Shown: positions 13,246 through 25,545 of the stretch, one piece after another
Layout of the letters: each line of letters starts with the position of its first letter
Numbering within the stretch: the first letter of the stretch is position 1
Source: Raillietiella orientalis
Taxonomy: Eukaryota
Direction: 5' to 3'
NCBI GenBank assembly: GCA_036172245.1
Contig: JAYWIR010000008.1
Coordinates: 2,480,001 to 2,544,000, forward strand
Length of the DNA: 64,000 bases
The notes under the pieces: generated by a model
Database searches by the model: none
What the model was told of the DNA's origin: nothing
Seen by the model: the letters and a program-made list of their open reading frames with translations, nothing else
Made by a program: the position numbers and the translations under genes

Positions 13246-16200
13246 AAATAAAACATCATGCTAAATTAAATGTGCACTTTATGTTTGTTTATTTCTAGTT
13301 TTGCTAACAATTAATGATTGTTTATTTGTTGAAAGAGTTTATTGTTTGTTGAAAGCAATAACTACCACATATTTTAATGAAATTCGTGTTCTATGAAAAA
13401 ATGAAAGCGGACTAAATTACATTTAGTTGGAAACCGTTTCCTAACGTAATGAAACTTTGTTGGAAAGTTTGTGGCTGTAGTTTTTGTGTTAGCAGATGTG
13501 TGGGTTGGGATGATCAAAAAAAAAATTAGTTTTGCATTACAAGAATCGTACTTTACGGAAGCAACAGTAGGATATGTTAACATTAATGGAAGTGGAGGAA
13601 TGTTCTCTTGTGGATTCTCTAATTTCAGCTGATGGACTTCAACCAATGTGCTTTTGATTAAGATTTTGATACAGCAAATGAATCTGATTACCACGTTGAT
13701 CTTGTTCATTGAATTGGAGAAAACATTTTCTTATGGAAACTATATGCAAGTAAATAAGTGATAATTGACTTTTGCACCCTTGCTACATTTAATCAGATTT
13801 AGATAAAATTAGTAATGTTTGCAGTACAGACCAAAAAATTTTTCAGAATTAGCATCATGAATGTGCTTTTTGTGGAAATTAAGGTGATGTCATGGCTAAA
13901 GTTCTTGATAAGAGCAAAATACTTAATAAGGGATTTGATAACTAGAATAACTTTGTGACTTGCTTCCAAGGAATGCATCTATGTACACTTGTTTCCAAAT
14001 GGTAGTTATGGATTTTTTCATGCTTGAAGTGCTCTTGGAAACTTCAGGCTTATCAAATGCATCAACAGAAGTCATGGATTCATTATTAGAAGGCATATAG
14101 TCATTAAAGCCAGCCAGTAACAGTAAAAATGAAAATTTGGTTCATTGGAAATTGGTTTGGATGAATAAAGTGCCTGTTTTTTGCTGCAATTGTGCTAGAA
14201 GCAATCAAAGTTACTCATCACATCCGAACCTGCATCTGTTTGCTTTTGTCAATAGGGATTGAGAAACGCTCTGTGGCTGGAGTGTTATCTATGGTATGAG
14301 CAGAAATTCAGCATTCAGATAAATTTCAGTGAACTCGAATGCAGCATAAGAATGGCCATGAAGTTCCATAGAATGCTTTACAGAAAGCACCACACCTATG
14401 TAATGATTACGTACTTGAGTTGCTCTTTATTTGTGGATTAATATTCGAATTTTCAGAAGTGCTTTGAAACTAGTGGTAACTAGCTGTTTTATTTTATACT
14501 GTCTTCATCCTGAAACCTAGGGGTAACCGGATTTTAACTAAGTGTAGGTAAGGTATTAGTACAAGCTCAACAGGAAGAGTTGCAACATGAGATTTTTCTT
14601 GCAACCCAAGATCTCATCATCCACAACTTTTAATAAGTCATAAGGTGTTACATACATTTTTTCCCGATTTAGGTAATTCGGTGATGGGTGCTTGGGCATG
14701 TAACTGTTGAGCCTGAGACTGACCAGTGGTTGTGTTTGCATTCACTCGAATCGTTTGCATGTGGAAGTGCGGAATAAAAACGCCTTTTTGATACAAATGC
14801 AATTTTTGAGTGTGTGTGTGTGTTTTGGTTTAGAAGATTTTTTAGCTGAAACAGGTTGTTGGAAATTGGCTCCTCGTTTTTAGTTTTTCATGAACTTCAA
14901 CACAGTCATTTCATTTTCGGCTCTTCTTACATCAACGCTGGACATATTACTCGTGTCATGAGTCTGGTCAAGGGGGCCAAACTCACAAAGGGCGCGAGTC
15001 TGCATTCCATAGCCAGACTGTTTTTATTTATTCTGACAACACTGTGAATTAACCAATTCCATTGATAAATTATCAAATTTCATTTATCGGCTGCTTGACG
15101 AGCTCTGCAAATGTGGCATTTGATTTAATGCTTCGTTGTTGATTTTTCTAAAAGTTTCCTCAAAAGTGGAGGTACATTCTCAATTTTTTTTTTCCCTTCC
15201 CCCCTTGAAAAGACATGCAACCAGCGGAATTGTAATATTAGTTGGGTAAGCCAAGTTTAAGCGCCAATTTATATCTCCGATTTATGCTCAGATGACCCGT
15301 GCTGGTACGTGGCACTCTTGCTGGGTTCTGTCTCAGCGGGCAGCAAGACTTCGCCCATCGGATGCGGCTCCCATGCACCTTCTGTTGCCTCGACCTCCAG
15401 TGACTCCAGCACTGCTGCTGCAACGTGTCACGTTTCAGTCGGGATGGACGCGCAGCCGCTGGACCCCTCTCGTGATGAAACCATCAAGATTTGATGCGGA
15501 GGCCGTCCACAGTAGCTGATCTATCGCGGCAATCCACATGTGCTATTTGCCAGCGCCATCTCAAAGTGTGGCTAGCAGAGGTTGCAAAGTGGCGCAAATA
15601 CGGGAACCCATCGTAATTACCATGACTCTCATGCGTCGGGAAATGGATGGCAAATCTGGCCACCTGAGGCCACCCGTGCGTGAGGATTTTGTGCAAGTCT
15701 CCAGTTGACCGGTGATCTCATTCATCGTTCCTTCCCCACCGTTTCCTTATGTGCACCCTTCAAAACCACCCATCTCGTTATGGGTGGCCCAGTCCAGTTC
15801 TCCATACCTATTTATTTATTTTTGCCTCCCCATCAGCCTCCTTCAACCCTTTCCTCTCTCTTGTATTGAAGACCATCGTGTAACGACTCCTCCGTTTATT
15901 CTAATTTATTTTACACGTGTATTCATATTTTTGCATGCTTGCTTTATATGTAGTAAGTAGCCCTGCGCGACCGGGATGAAAAGATTCCTTTCTTTCTTCT
16001 TATTTGGATAAGCAGGGGCACCCTCACAGCCACCAGTCTGAGGAGACCAGGATGTGGTGCCGCCGAGATGGAAAATGGCAGAACGTCCACTTTCATCGCT
16101 CGTCGTTGGCCTTGGTAGGCTACGTGAACAAGTAGATTTTTTTCTTACGTTTTACCGTCTCCAAGATTCAGTATTCGTGTGTACCTTTTGATATCTCTCA

Positions 16201-17629
16201 TCACTGGATTCTGTACATAGATATTTATATCCGTACGTGCATCTGTGAGACTGACGAAACAGTGTCATTTTTTAATTGATGTCCGTTTGGATTTCTGGTC
16301 ACTTTGATCAGCCGTTTTTTTTTTTTTTTTTTTGTGCGCCCAAGTAGCGTGTGCTCCATTTATCTGCTTCGTGGACAATGCGAAACATCTGACTGATTCG
16401 GCGAAGCCCTAGTCAGGAAGAAGAACCAGCAACCATGATGGGAGGAGAACGCTTCCGGTTTTCCGGGAGCTGCCAATCAAGGAGCTATGCGGGGGTAAAT
16501 TAAGGTTTTTCCTAATTTGTACCCCAGGACATGTCGACGCGTACGATGCTGAGCTAATCCTCTCTTACCATGACGACGACCTCTAGTGGTAAATGCCGCT
16601 ATGGCTTCCGTTTCGCCGCATTGGTGTATATTACGATGATGAGAGTCGTGCACGCGGCGAAGATCGGAAGCATTCTTACAGGACTGCCTGAGTACTTATC
16701 CAGCTCATTCATCCCAGTGGTCTCTTCCGTTGCCATAGCGTTGGACTTCTGCTGTATTTAGTCGTCTTCAACTGTCTTAGAAGCGAAATGAAGAAGCGAA
16801 TTTGTAGCGTATTGTCCTCCCTTCCGGCGTAGAGAACTGTTTTTCTAAGAATTCTTTTTCATTCATCGGGATCGTTAAGTAATCTCTTGGCTTCAGCACA
16901 GAGCTGAGCTGGCCACTAATGTCCGTCGGTTCATCATCGATCGGGAAGAAAAACTTCTCAGCTCAAGAGCTGTGGGGCTGTAGAAGTCGGGTTAAACAGA
17001 GCGATTTCGGCAAAAAAAGACATGGTAAAGGACAGAGCATCTTTTCTCTTGAACACACCCCTGGGCGTTGTAAGCACCTGAGATCCGATTCATTACGCAT
17101 CGACGGATTTCCGTGCAGCCATTTCGAACCTGATGTTCATTTCGCAACTTGTGATGCTTTTCCGAGAAGGAAACACGGTCTACCACAGTATTCGAAAATG
17201 CTGTTGTAGATTTGTCTCACAGTATTTCTTCTCCCTTGAACTGCACCATTCTCGATGGAATGCGGCAGAAGTCTAAGTTGGAATCCCAAGTTGCACACCG
17301 CAAACCGAGGTCCCAAACCATTCGAGTGACTCCGAAACCAAGGCATTCTAAGGATAGCTTTTACCGGAAGGGCTTTTTCTGTGTCGCCGGTTCCTAAAGA
17401 GGCCGTTTGTCATAGTAGCTCGAGTCTCCGTCACGAAAGTTTCTTCAGCTCGTTCACGAAAGATCATGAAATCCTGGAATTGGTTCTCCGTAGGGGTGAT
17501 ACATCGATCTCCTGGTCACATCACCCTCCAGGGAGTTTATCGAAAGAGAATAGCAAACATACCAGAGTGGTAGTACATCTAGATTGTCCCCTAACCGACA
17601 AGCGGTGGGATGAATTTATTAAACAAACA

Positions 17630-20600
17630 TTTTTTTTTTTTTTTTTACAATCAACTCTCAATCTGCTGTTCCACGACTCCGAGTGTTCCTATTATTTCAC
17701 TGTTCAGCTCCGGGGAATTCATCTTTGTGCCTGGACATATTCGTCCATCTTCAAATGGATGTAACGATATGTCCAGGCTGGGATTCTGCCACAGTTTCTA
17801 ATTTCTATTTCCTTTTGGACTAATCCTTTTAGTATATCCCATGCTGGCACTTGTATTTGTAGGGTATATATCTTGGCTCTTCTAATTGTAATAGCTGTGA
17901 TGAAAAGAGGGAGTGTGGTTATCACCATCGGGTTGTATTGGGGAACAATTCCTGTCCCCCAAAATCATCCCGATAGGATTTCCTTTGCTGTTTTTCCTTG
18001 TAAACATATCACTGCCTTTACCGCTTGCCAATCGGATTGTAATGTTTGGCAAGTGAACACGTGCTCCTGGTTTTCGTAGTTGCCACATGCTTTGCATAAA
18101 CCATCTTGTATGTCTCCGGTCCAGTGATGTATTCTGGATCCACTCAGTATGCTTCCGTTGAGGAACAACAGGAGGTCGTTCTTGGGTATCCGGGGGAAGA
18201 TCGTTCCTCATGAGAGCAGCCCCTGCGGCCAGCACATTCGCCTGCTCTGGGCCATAGCGGCTGGAGGCTTCTTCAGGGGCATCGGGATTTTGTAGTATCT
18301 TCCCTATCTCTGTCTTGATATTGGCTTTGGTCATCAGCATCCACTCCTGGTGCGGCTTTTGTTTCCAAAGCTCCCTGGTTTGGTAATCAAAGGAGTCTCT
18401 CAAGGTCATAGTCAGATTATATAATCATAACGAAATATAATCGCAGCTGATGTCTGTTCGCACTTGTGGCGAACTGCACGCAACGTCTGATGTTCAGTTG
18501 TGGCCTTTGATGTAACCAACTCACCGTCTACCTTGGGATCGCGATAAAGTGAGGTATCACCATGGCCTACTCTTCGTCCCAGATTTCACAACTTGTAGGC
18601 ACAATTTTGAATTGGTGGATTCTCACCAGTGCTCGTTTGCGACTCCATGTGGGATCGATATCTATCCAGTCTCCAGTGGCTCCTATGAGCGCAGACTATG
18701 AGGCCTTTGGAGCTGTTCAACAATCTCGAGTATGCCCGATGCGCTGCATAAGGCCAATTGCCCCAATTTTGGGTGAGGTCCAGGAGCTGCCGTGCATCCA
18801 TGGCCTCCACGGAATGTTCCAGCAGTTTCATACCAGTTCCCCAATGATCACGAGGTCGGCATAGAAGTTTCAGTCTTACTCTGGGCTTAAATTCTCTCCA
18901 TAAAATTTTCCTTTCTAAGGCTTCAATTTCCACTTTTGTCTTCTTGTCTATTCGACAGAAGGTCGCTCCATAGAGAACCTTGGGAAGCAGGACACCGTTC
19001 CACAAGGTGGCCCTCCGTTTCATATTGAAGTCGACACGGGTGTATTTTGTAGCCTCGTCTCTAACTTTACCCAAGATTTCTTTCCCCATATACTGTGATG
19101 CCGTCCTATCGCCAAGATGGATTCCCAGGTATTTAACAGATTCTGCCTCTCGGAATCCAGCTTCTTGCAAAGCAGAGAGGTGCATGATCCCGATTGGCAG
19201 CAGGTGACTCTTCTGGGCATTGATTTTTAGTCCCAATCCCCTTTCCATTTGCTTGATTACACCTAGGAATGCTTGTTGATCTCGTTCGTCCTCAAGCAAG
19301 AACAAGAGATCATCCGCATACGCCAGGTGTGTCAACTGTTGATTATCTATCCTGATTCATTGTAGACAGCTGCCGGGGTCCACGATTGCTGATACCGCTT
19401 CCATATACAACACGAACAGCATTGGACTCAGGGTATCACCTTGGCGTACACCCCTTTCCATCCGAATTGCTGTCGTTTCCAAACCATTGATACGAATCTT
19501 AACTTGTTGTTCTCTTGGTTCACTCTACATGGCGTAGGAAGGAACTTGGGAATCCTAGTTTTTTCAAGATTTTTAAGAGCATCTCGTGGTCCACCGTATC
19601 AAATGCCTTCCCCATATCCGTGAGCCCTAGTACCAGGTTTTCACCGATATACCGGCAATATCTGATGGTGGCCAGGGCACACTTCACATTTGCAAACATG
19701 TGTCGTCCTGGGACTGAGCATGTCTGTGTTGGAGACATGACTGATGGCATTGCGATGCTTAGGCGGTTGGCCCAGATCTTGGCCAGCCACTTCTCATGGT
19801 TGAGGATGGTGACCGGCCTCCATTGGGTGACTTCCAACAGGTCGCCTCCCTTTGGCAGCAGTTTCATCCGCTCTTCGTGGGATGATGGTGGGAGCCTTCC
19901 TTCTTCTTGGATTACCTGCGCAAGTTCGTGGAACAGGCGAGGGTAGGCATGCAGGTACCTCTGACAGTGTGTGATGGGTACACTATCAGGCCCTGCTGCC
20001 ACATCCTTGCGTAGTTCTTTGAACGCCTCTTTAACTTCCTCGATGGAGGTTTCTTCATTCATTTTCCCTTGGTGTTCCCTTTTTACTTGCATGTACAAAT
20101 ATCTTAAGATATTTGACTGCTCTGTCAGGCACAAATTTCTTCGTCGCAAGTGGGAGTCGTAGTGATGGAAGAAGGCCTCGGCAATTCCTTCCGATGTGTA
20201 CCTGACTTCATCCTTATGACGGATAGAGAGAATATCAGTAGCGATGTTCCTCTTTCCTAGTACTCCAACTTCTACTTTGATGTGCTTGAGGACGTACCTG
20301 TTCTCATACTGTTTCCAGTATTTTGAGATCGCGATACGCTTCCATTCTCATCTTCCTGTCGCCATATTGCATATTGCAAAACAAATGGATTGTTCGCTTT
20401 AACCTGTCCCAGTCGGCGACTCCGCGGATCATGGTATTTCTCAGAATCACTTCGATTAATTCCTGGTGACAGGGATGCGATTCAAACCAGTTGGACATCC
20501 ATTCTAGTACAGCCCTTGCGCCTGCCCTCCTTCGGGGATTCTCCGTCCGCAAAATAAATCGGAGCAAGGGGTGGTCCGAGAGTACAGATGGGATGTCCCG

Positions 20601-22150
20601 GAAACCCTGCACCCGATTTGAGATGTCTTGACTGTGCAGGACGTATCTTCTTGTTGCTGGCTGTGAGCCATTGCAGCCCAAGCTCGTCGGACAGCCGACG
20701 GTATGCCGCTCTTCAGCTGACGACTTTGGACTGGGTGTTGATGTTCGGCACGTTCAGGTCACCCACGATAACCATGATATCTTTTGCCGAGGCTCTACGG
20801 CGTAGGAGAGTTCTAATGGCTTCTGCGCAGCGATGTTTGCCTTGATGGGGTCCGTACACGTTCACCAAAAAAGCACCTGCTTTTGCCCGGTCCAGGACAT
20901 ACGGATTCCTACAATGCGTCCGGGCCATGAAGGAAAGGATTCCAGGATGATGTGCGTAGACTCGCTTTTCACGAAAACGGCCACACCTTTGGTCTTTTTC
21001 TGGCCTGCACTGATAAACATCTGTGCTCCCAATCTTCGCTCTATCTCACAGATGGTCTGTTCTAAATTGTGTGTTTCCTGGAGGCACGTGATATGGTTAT
21101 GCTCAATTGCCCTCATGATCAGGCGCCTTTGGTTCTGGTTCCATAAACCATTTACATTCTAGGAGGCTATCTTGATGCTCCTAGCTGTCGACAGGGAAGT
21201 GGCCATTAAAAGTTAATTGGCGTATCTACTTTTCTTCTTTGTTTTGCATTAATTAGGGGATGCTAATAAATGCTGTCTTTCTTTTCTCAATTCATGGATC
21301 ACTCATATCGCTTTCCGACTCGTTGTAGTCGGTACTTTCAGCGACCGGGTGTATACTATACATGGTGGCCTTTGCATTAGGCACTCCACAGGCATCATGT
21401 TGATGTATTTCTTTTTAATTTCCAACATCCTACCTTTTAATGCAAACCGTTGCTCGTCATTGGGGACGCGTTCGTTGATGGAGGTCTCCACCCTACAAAT
21501 GCGTTCCAGTGCTTCTGATAGTACTTTTGTTTTTGCTTCTTTGATTGCTTCCTCAATTTGAGTAAGTTCCGCTACCAGTTTTACAACTTCCGCCAACTCT
21601 GCATTCGTTGCGGCAACCTCCGTCGCTTCCTCGTTTGGTGCGGCAACTTCCGCCGGTTCTTCCGAGGTTGGATGCGCTCCTTGATTCGTTGATCTCTTTA
21701 CCTTCTTTTCTTTTACCTTAGTAACATCTGCCATCCTTGCAGCCGATTCCTTAGTTTCCTTTACAGCCTCTTTCTCAGGTGTCCACATGACCATCCTTTC
21801 ACTCCTCCATGGCACCCTCCTCGGAGGAGCCTGGCTCGCCCAAGTCCATGGGCCTGGGCGTAGATGGCCGTTCGTCTGGGTAGTCCTCTTTCAAGGTTGA
21901 CGTCTTCGATGACCCTGGGTGGAAAATTTTCTTCACGTAGAAGGTAGACAACGACGAATTTCAGCAAAGCACTACACGTGCTGCTTCTTAACAATACTTT
22001 CCCGCTTCGGTGACCAACATCGCCTCGAAGCCAGGTAAGTAGACCTTACAAAGTTCAAACATCCAGAAACGAGAATGCCGAAACGGCAGCCACTTGGCCC
22101 GCAAGGTTCGCATCGGGGGGAGGGGAAAAAGGGAAAAAAAGATAGATAGA
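17630..22150 (-). mobile_element. Near full-length, inactivated L1/Tx1-clade non-LTR retrotransposon (ORF1 remnant plus ORF2 with APE, RT and zinc knuckle)
   Basis: ORF2 from ATG 21206: APE motifs NVNGL, CLQETH, LVNVYGP, IVGDLN, SDH; RT motifs AGPDS, WRPVTILN, DMGKAFDTVDH, GVRQGDTLSP, LAYADDL, YLGI; C-terminal CKACGNYENQEHVFTC. Poly(A) tail seen as a T-run at ~17630-17646. Multiple stops and frameshifts. The 5' boundary is approximate. Confidence 0.92.
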
Positions 22151-22329
22151 TTTTTTGTCTGTCTCGCGTGCTTTGCATCCACTGAAGGATTTTGGGAGAT
22201 TCCTCTTTAAGAATTCCCTAGTGGGAATCATCTGATCTCAATACCCTATGAAGCAGGTCATGAATTAATTGGCATCCCTGTCGTTGCTTGCGCCCTCTCT
22301 CGAGGCATCCAGGCCTCTACTATCCTCGG

Positions 22330-23560
22330 AGGCAGTAGAGAGTTTCCATTAACATGACAGGCGGCATTGCATTCCTCACGAAGAGATCCTTCAAGCCATC
22401 TCTGGGGCTGCTCGCCGGGATTCAGGAACGTTTCCACACGGAACAGAACAACACAGTGCTCTAACAGGTGCGGGGAAGATTCAATTGAATCGCACCGGGC
22501 AAAGTTGGGGTACCGTGGTGCCTTCTCCGAGGAAAATGGAGCTGCAGCTCCGATTCAAGATGGTGACCTTGATGACCGAGGACTGCATGCGGCATTGCTT
22601 CTGCTGAGCGCAAAATCCTGAGGAGCGCGCGGTCGGTTGCGAGGGATGGGAGCCCGTTGCCACCTCACAACCGAGACCGCACGAAGGCTCTTGGGTTCCC
22701 ACTGAAGCAGATCGCTGCCCCGTGGGAAGAACACCAGTGGATCTCCTGCCTCCCCGCAAACTATAACTCTTGGCGGCAGGAGATGGCGGGCACCTGCAAC
22801 CGCACCACGCGCGCAGACGCAACGCTGATACGTCCCATCCACAACCTGGGAGCAGTCTTCCTGGAGGAAGCAAAAAGGGACCAGGAAGAAGTGGATGGTC
22901 GTCGCCAGCCCCTTAGCCGCGGTGCTGTCCTCCCTACGGGAGAGGAGCGACAGTGGCACCAACCTGGTGGATGATCTCGTGCCCTGTGGCAAGAGTGACG
23001 AAAGACGGTCTGCGAGTCAGTGGTTTTCCATTCTTTTTTTCTTTCTCCTTGGAATTTTGGAACAGTGTAGTTGATTCGATCCACGCTGCCCGTTTATTTT
23101 TCTTTCCTCTTTGAAAAAGAAACGCCCCAGCGCAACCGAATGAGAGGCGCTTTGCACGGGAGCCCCCGATGAAATGCCAGCAGTGTCGAATGTTGACACT
23201 CCAGGGGAAAGAGAGAGCTATTCACCATTACTGATAACTTCTCCAGAACGTCTCTGTTTCCTCTTCCTACGCGATGCCCTTCTGCCAGCAGCCTCGCTAA
23301 CAGTCTCTGCTGCCTACGTGGGATTGTAGTGGTCTGGAGCGAAGCAAGGAGGACGGAGCGACAGAGATGCCACATCCACTTTGCCATCCGCTTCGTGAGG
23401 ATGACAAGGAGATGGTCCCACCTGAAGAATCTGCAGCGAGAACTTACCAGCATCCTCGAAAGGATGCAGAGGACCGCTTACAGCAGAACGTGATCCCTTC
23501 CTGCACCCCCTCTCCAAGTTTATTTATGTTCATTTTTTTGTTTTTTTTTTCTTTTTGCTT
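22330..23560 (+). mobile_element. Degenerate 3' fragment of an L1/Tx1-type LINE (same family as 49760-51060)
   Basis: Shares AAGAACACC..GGATCTCCTGCCTCCCCGC with ~50086 and the terminal block AGGATGCAGAGGAC..GATCCCTTCC with 47830, 50943 and 51340 (minus). Confidence 0.65.
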
Positions 23561-23799
23561 TCCCCTTCCCCTCTGCTGCCGAGACGAACCTCAATTGTCT
23601 GCGTACCGGCAACCTGGCAGGTTCCTGTAAAAATGGACGCAGTTGGACCACCGGTCCTACCCCCAAATTTTTAAATGTTTGTTGAATAAACGCCCCGGGG
23701 GCGTCCGACCCAGACTCGGTGGCTCCGCACCGGAGTGGTGGTTCGGAGCCTCCTGACTCTGGAACGGAGAGAAACCAACAGTTTCAGTCTCGAAGGCTG

Positions 23800-24220
23800 A
23801 CGCTCTCCTTGCCGCAGTACTGATTTTCCTAAGGGAGACCGCGAAGGTGCTCCACGTGGCAACCGAAGTGCTGTCGCCTGCGGTTTCCCGCACTGGCAAA
23901 CCTGAGGACTCCGACCCTGCTCATCCCATGCCTCCCCACAAACAGTGACGTCCGGCTGCGGGAGGCAGCAGGAACGAGGGCCGAGGTGATCCAGGGCGTA
24001 GCAGGCTGCCTGCAGTTCCGCAGGAGCTCCGCGAGAAGAGCAGAGTCGTTGAGCTATGGCTGCTGGCCCTCGCCGCAGCGGCGTCCTCCGCCTTCGGGGT
24101 TCCTGGTGCCAGCCTGCCGGCATGGCGGGAGGTTTCCCTTCAAGAAGTCTCGGCTCGCGGGAAAACCCTTGGGTGGCTGGAGACGACGCGTCAGCTCGCC
24201 GGAGCAGCAGCACCAACGAG
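23800..24220 (-). mobile_element. Decayed LINE ORF1 (gag-like triple zinc-knuckle) fragment
   Basis: ORF 23671..24216 contains CYALDHLGPRSC..VTVCGEAW..QVCQCGKPQATA, the spacing of the CCHC triplet in Jockey/I/R1-type ORF1, with several ligands mutated. Confidence 0.45.
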
Positions 24221-24624
24221 CGCTCCCAACGGACTCCTTCGCGGGGGTGAGCTCTCCAGCATTCCGAGACAGATGTTCTGGATTTTCGCCCTGGTGCGCC
24301 TGTTACCTGCTTACTGTGTCCCCGGAGTCATTTTCTCAGGAGGTGCTCGGTCCTCTCTTCAACTTCTTTGGGAGCGGGCATACGAAAAGCAGAAGGCGAA
24401 GGAGGAGGAGGAAGAGCAGGAACGTGTTCCGTACCGCAGTCCGTTCCAGCAAGAGCCCCCGCGGTGTTCCGGGACACTTCTGAACTTCCCCTGAGGTGTC
24501 AGCAGTCGGCGCTGCTGATATCGCATGGGTGCTCCTGCGATATCAGCAGGTCACATAATGCGCACCATCAGCATTTTCACCCGGCCACTCCGGGGCATTT
24601 ACAAAAATAAACAGGTCATGTGGT

Positions 24625-25545
24625 AATCGTGTAACTTCTGCGAAAGTCTCTTGTGGAGAAATCTGGAGAATGGACTTTAAGTGTAGTGCAAGTTTGAGGA
24701 CCAAATGCCGTTTGGCAAGCCTGATCCATGGCTGCCGGAAGACAGACTCAGTCCATCTGTCATAGATTTGGAGAGTGATCCATGCCACAAGATATTATCC
24801 TTTTCCCACTAAGAGGGGAAAATCCGCAATAAACTTCATCACGATGACCTCCAACACCCCCTAAGATTGCTATACACTGATCTGTGGTTATGTTCCACAA
24901 ACGTAGAGTATGATCCTTTGAGTCTGATGAAAGTACATGCGGCTCCGTGGGATGAGATTTGATCTCATTGATTGCACTTCCATGACCAATGTAGTGTTTA
25001 ATGCAACTACATGTGGCTAAGCTGCAAATACGTACGATGGTTCAGCTACTTGCTGCAGCAAGAACCGGCCGACCATCAACAATCTCATATGACCATGCAC
25101 GTGTGTAGAAAGTTTCATCAGCATAGCATTGCAAGAACCGAATGCTCACATTGTCCACGCATTCATAGACATTAATTTTGTTACTCCCTATAGTGGCAAA
25201 TATCTGTGGTTGTCCAAAGTGCAGCAAATGATTGAACCGCACGCCAAAGGTGGGCTGCCCATGGTCTCCATGTAAGAAACAACCATTTTTTATATGCAAA
25301 CTTTGGCTGCTTCATCGCTTTCTTTCGGCCGCTTTTTTTCCCTTTTGAGAGTTCTTCTGTGTAGGTGTATCACTACGGAGTGTGTTTTCTGCCATAGGTT
25401 CACTTTGTACGTTTGGCAAACTATCCACGTCATCAGATGCGCCCATAAGTTCTGTTGTTCTCTTATAGCGAACAGCTCCCCTAGATGAACAGCAATTTAA
25501 ATTATTCCTCCTATTCGAGCTGGTTCTTCCATCCTCGGTTTCCAT
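24625..25545 (-). pseudogene. esc: Intronless, 3'-truncated EED/extra sex combs (PRC2 WD40 subunit) pseudogene
   Basis: One continuous frame with premature stops (25312, 25042, ~24760): [86 protein letters not shown], colinear with EED/Esc. Confidence 0.92.

Noticed and set aside
16100..17600. Possible BEL/Pao LTR retrotransposon relic on the minus strand
   Set aside because: Only faint fragments (e.g. RMVWDLGL..WD, TTLIIVIY) across broken frames; not enough to call.
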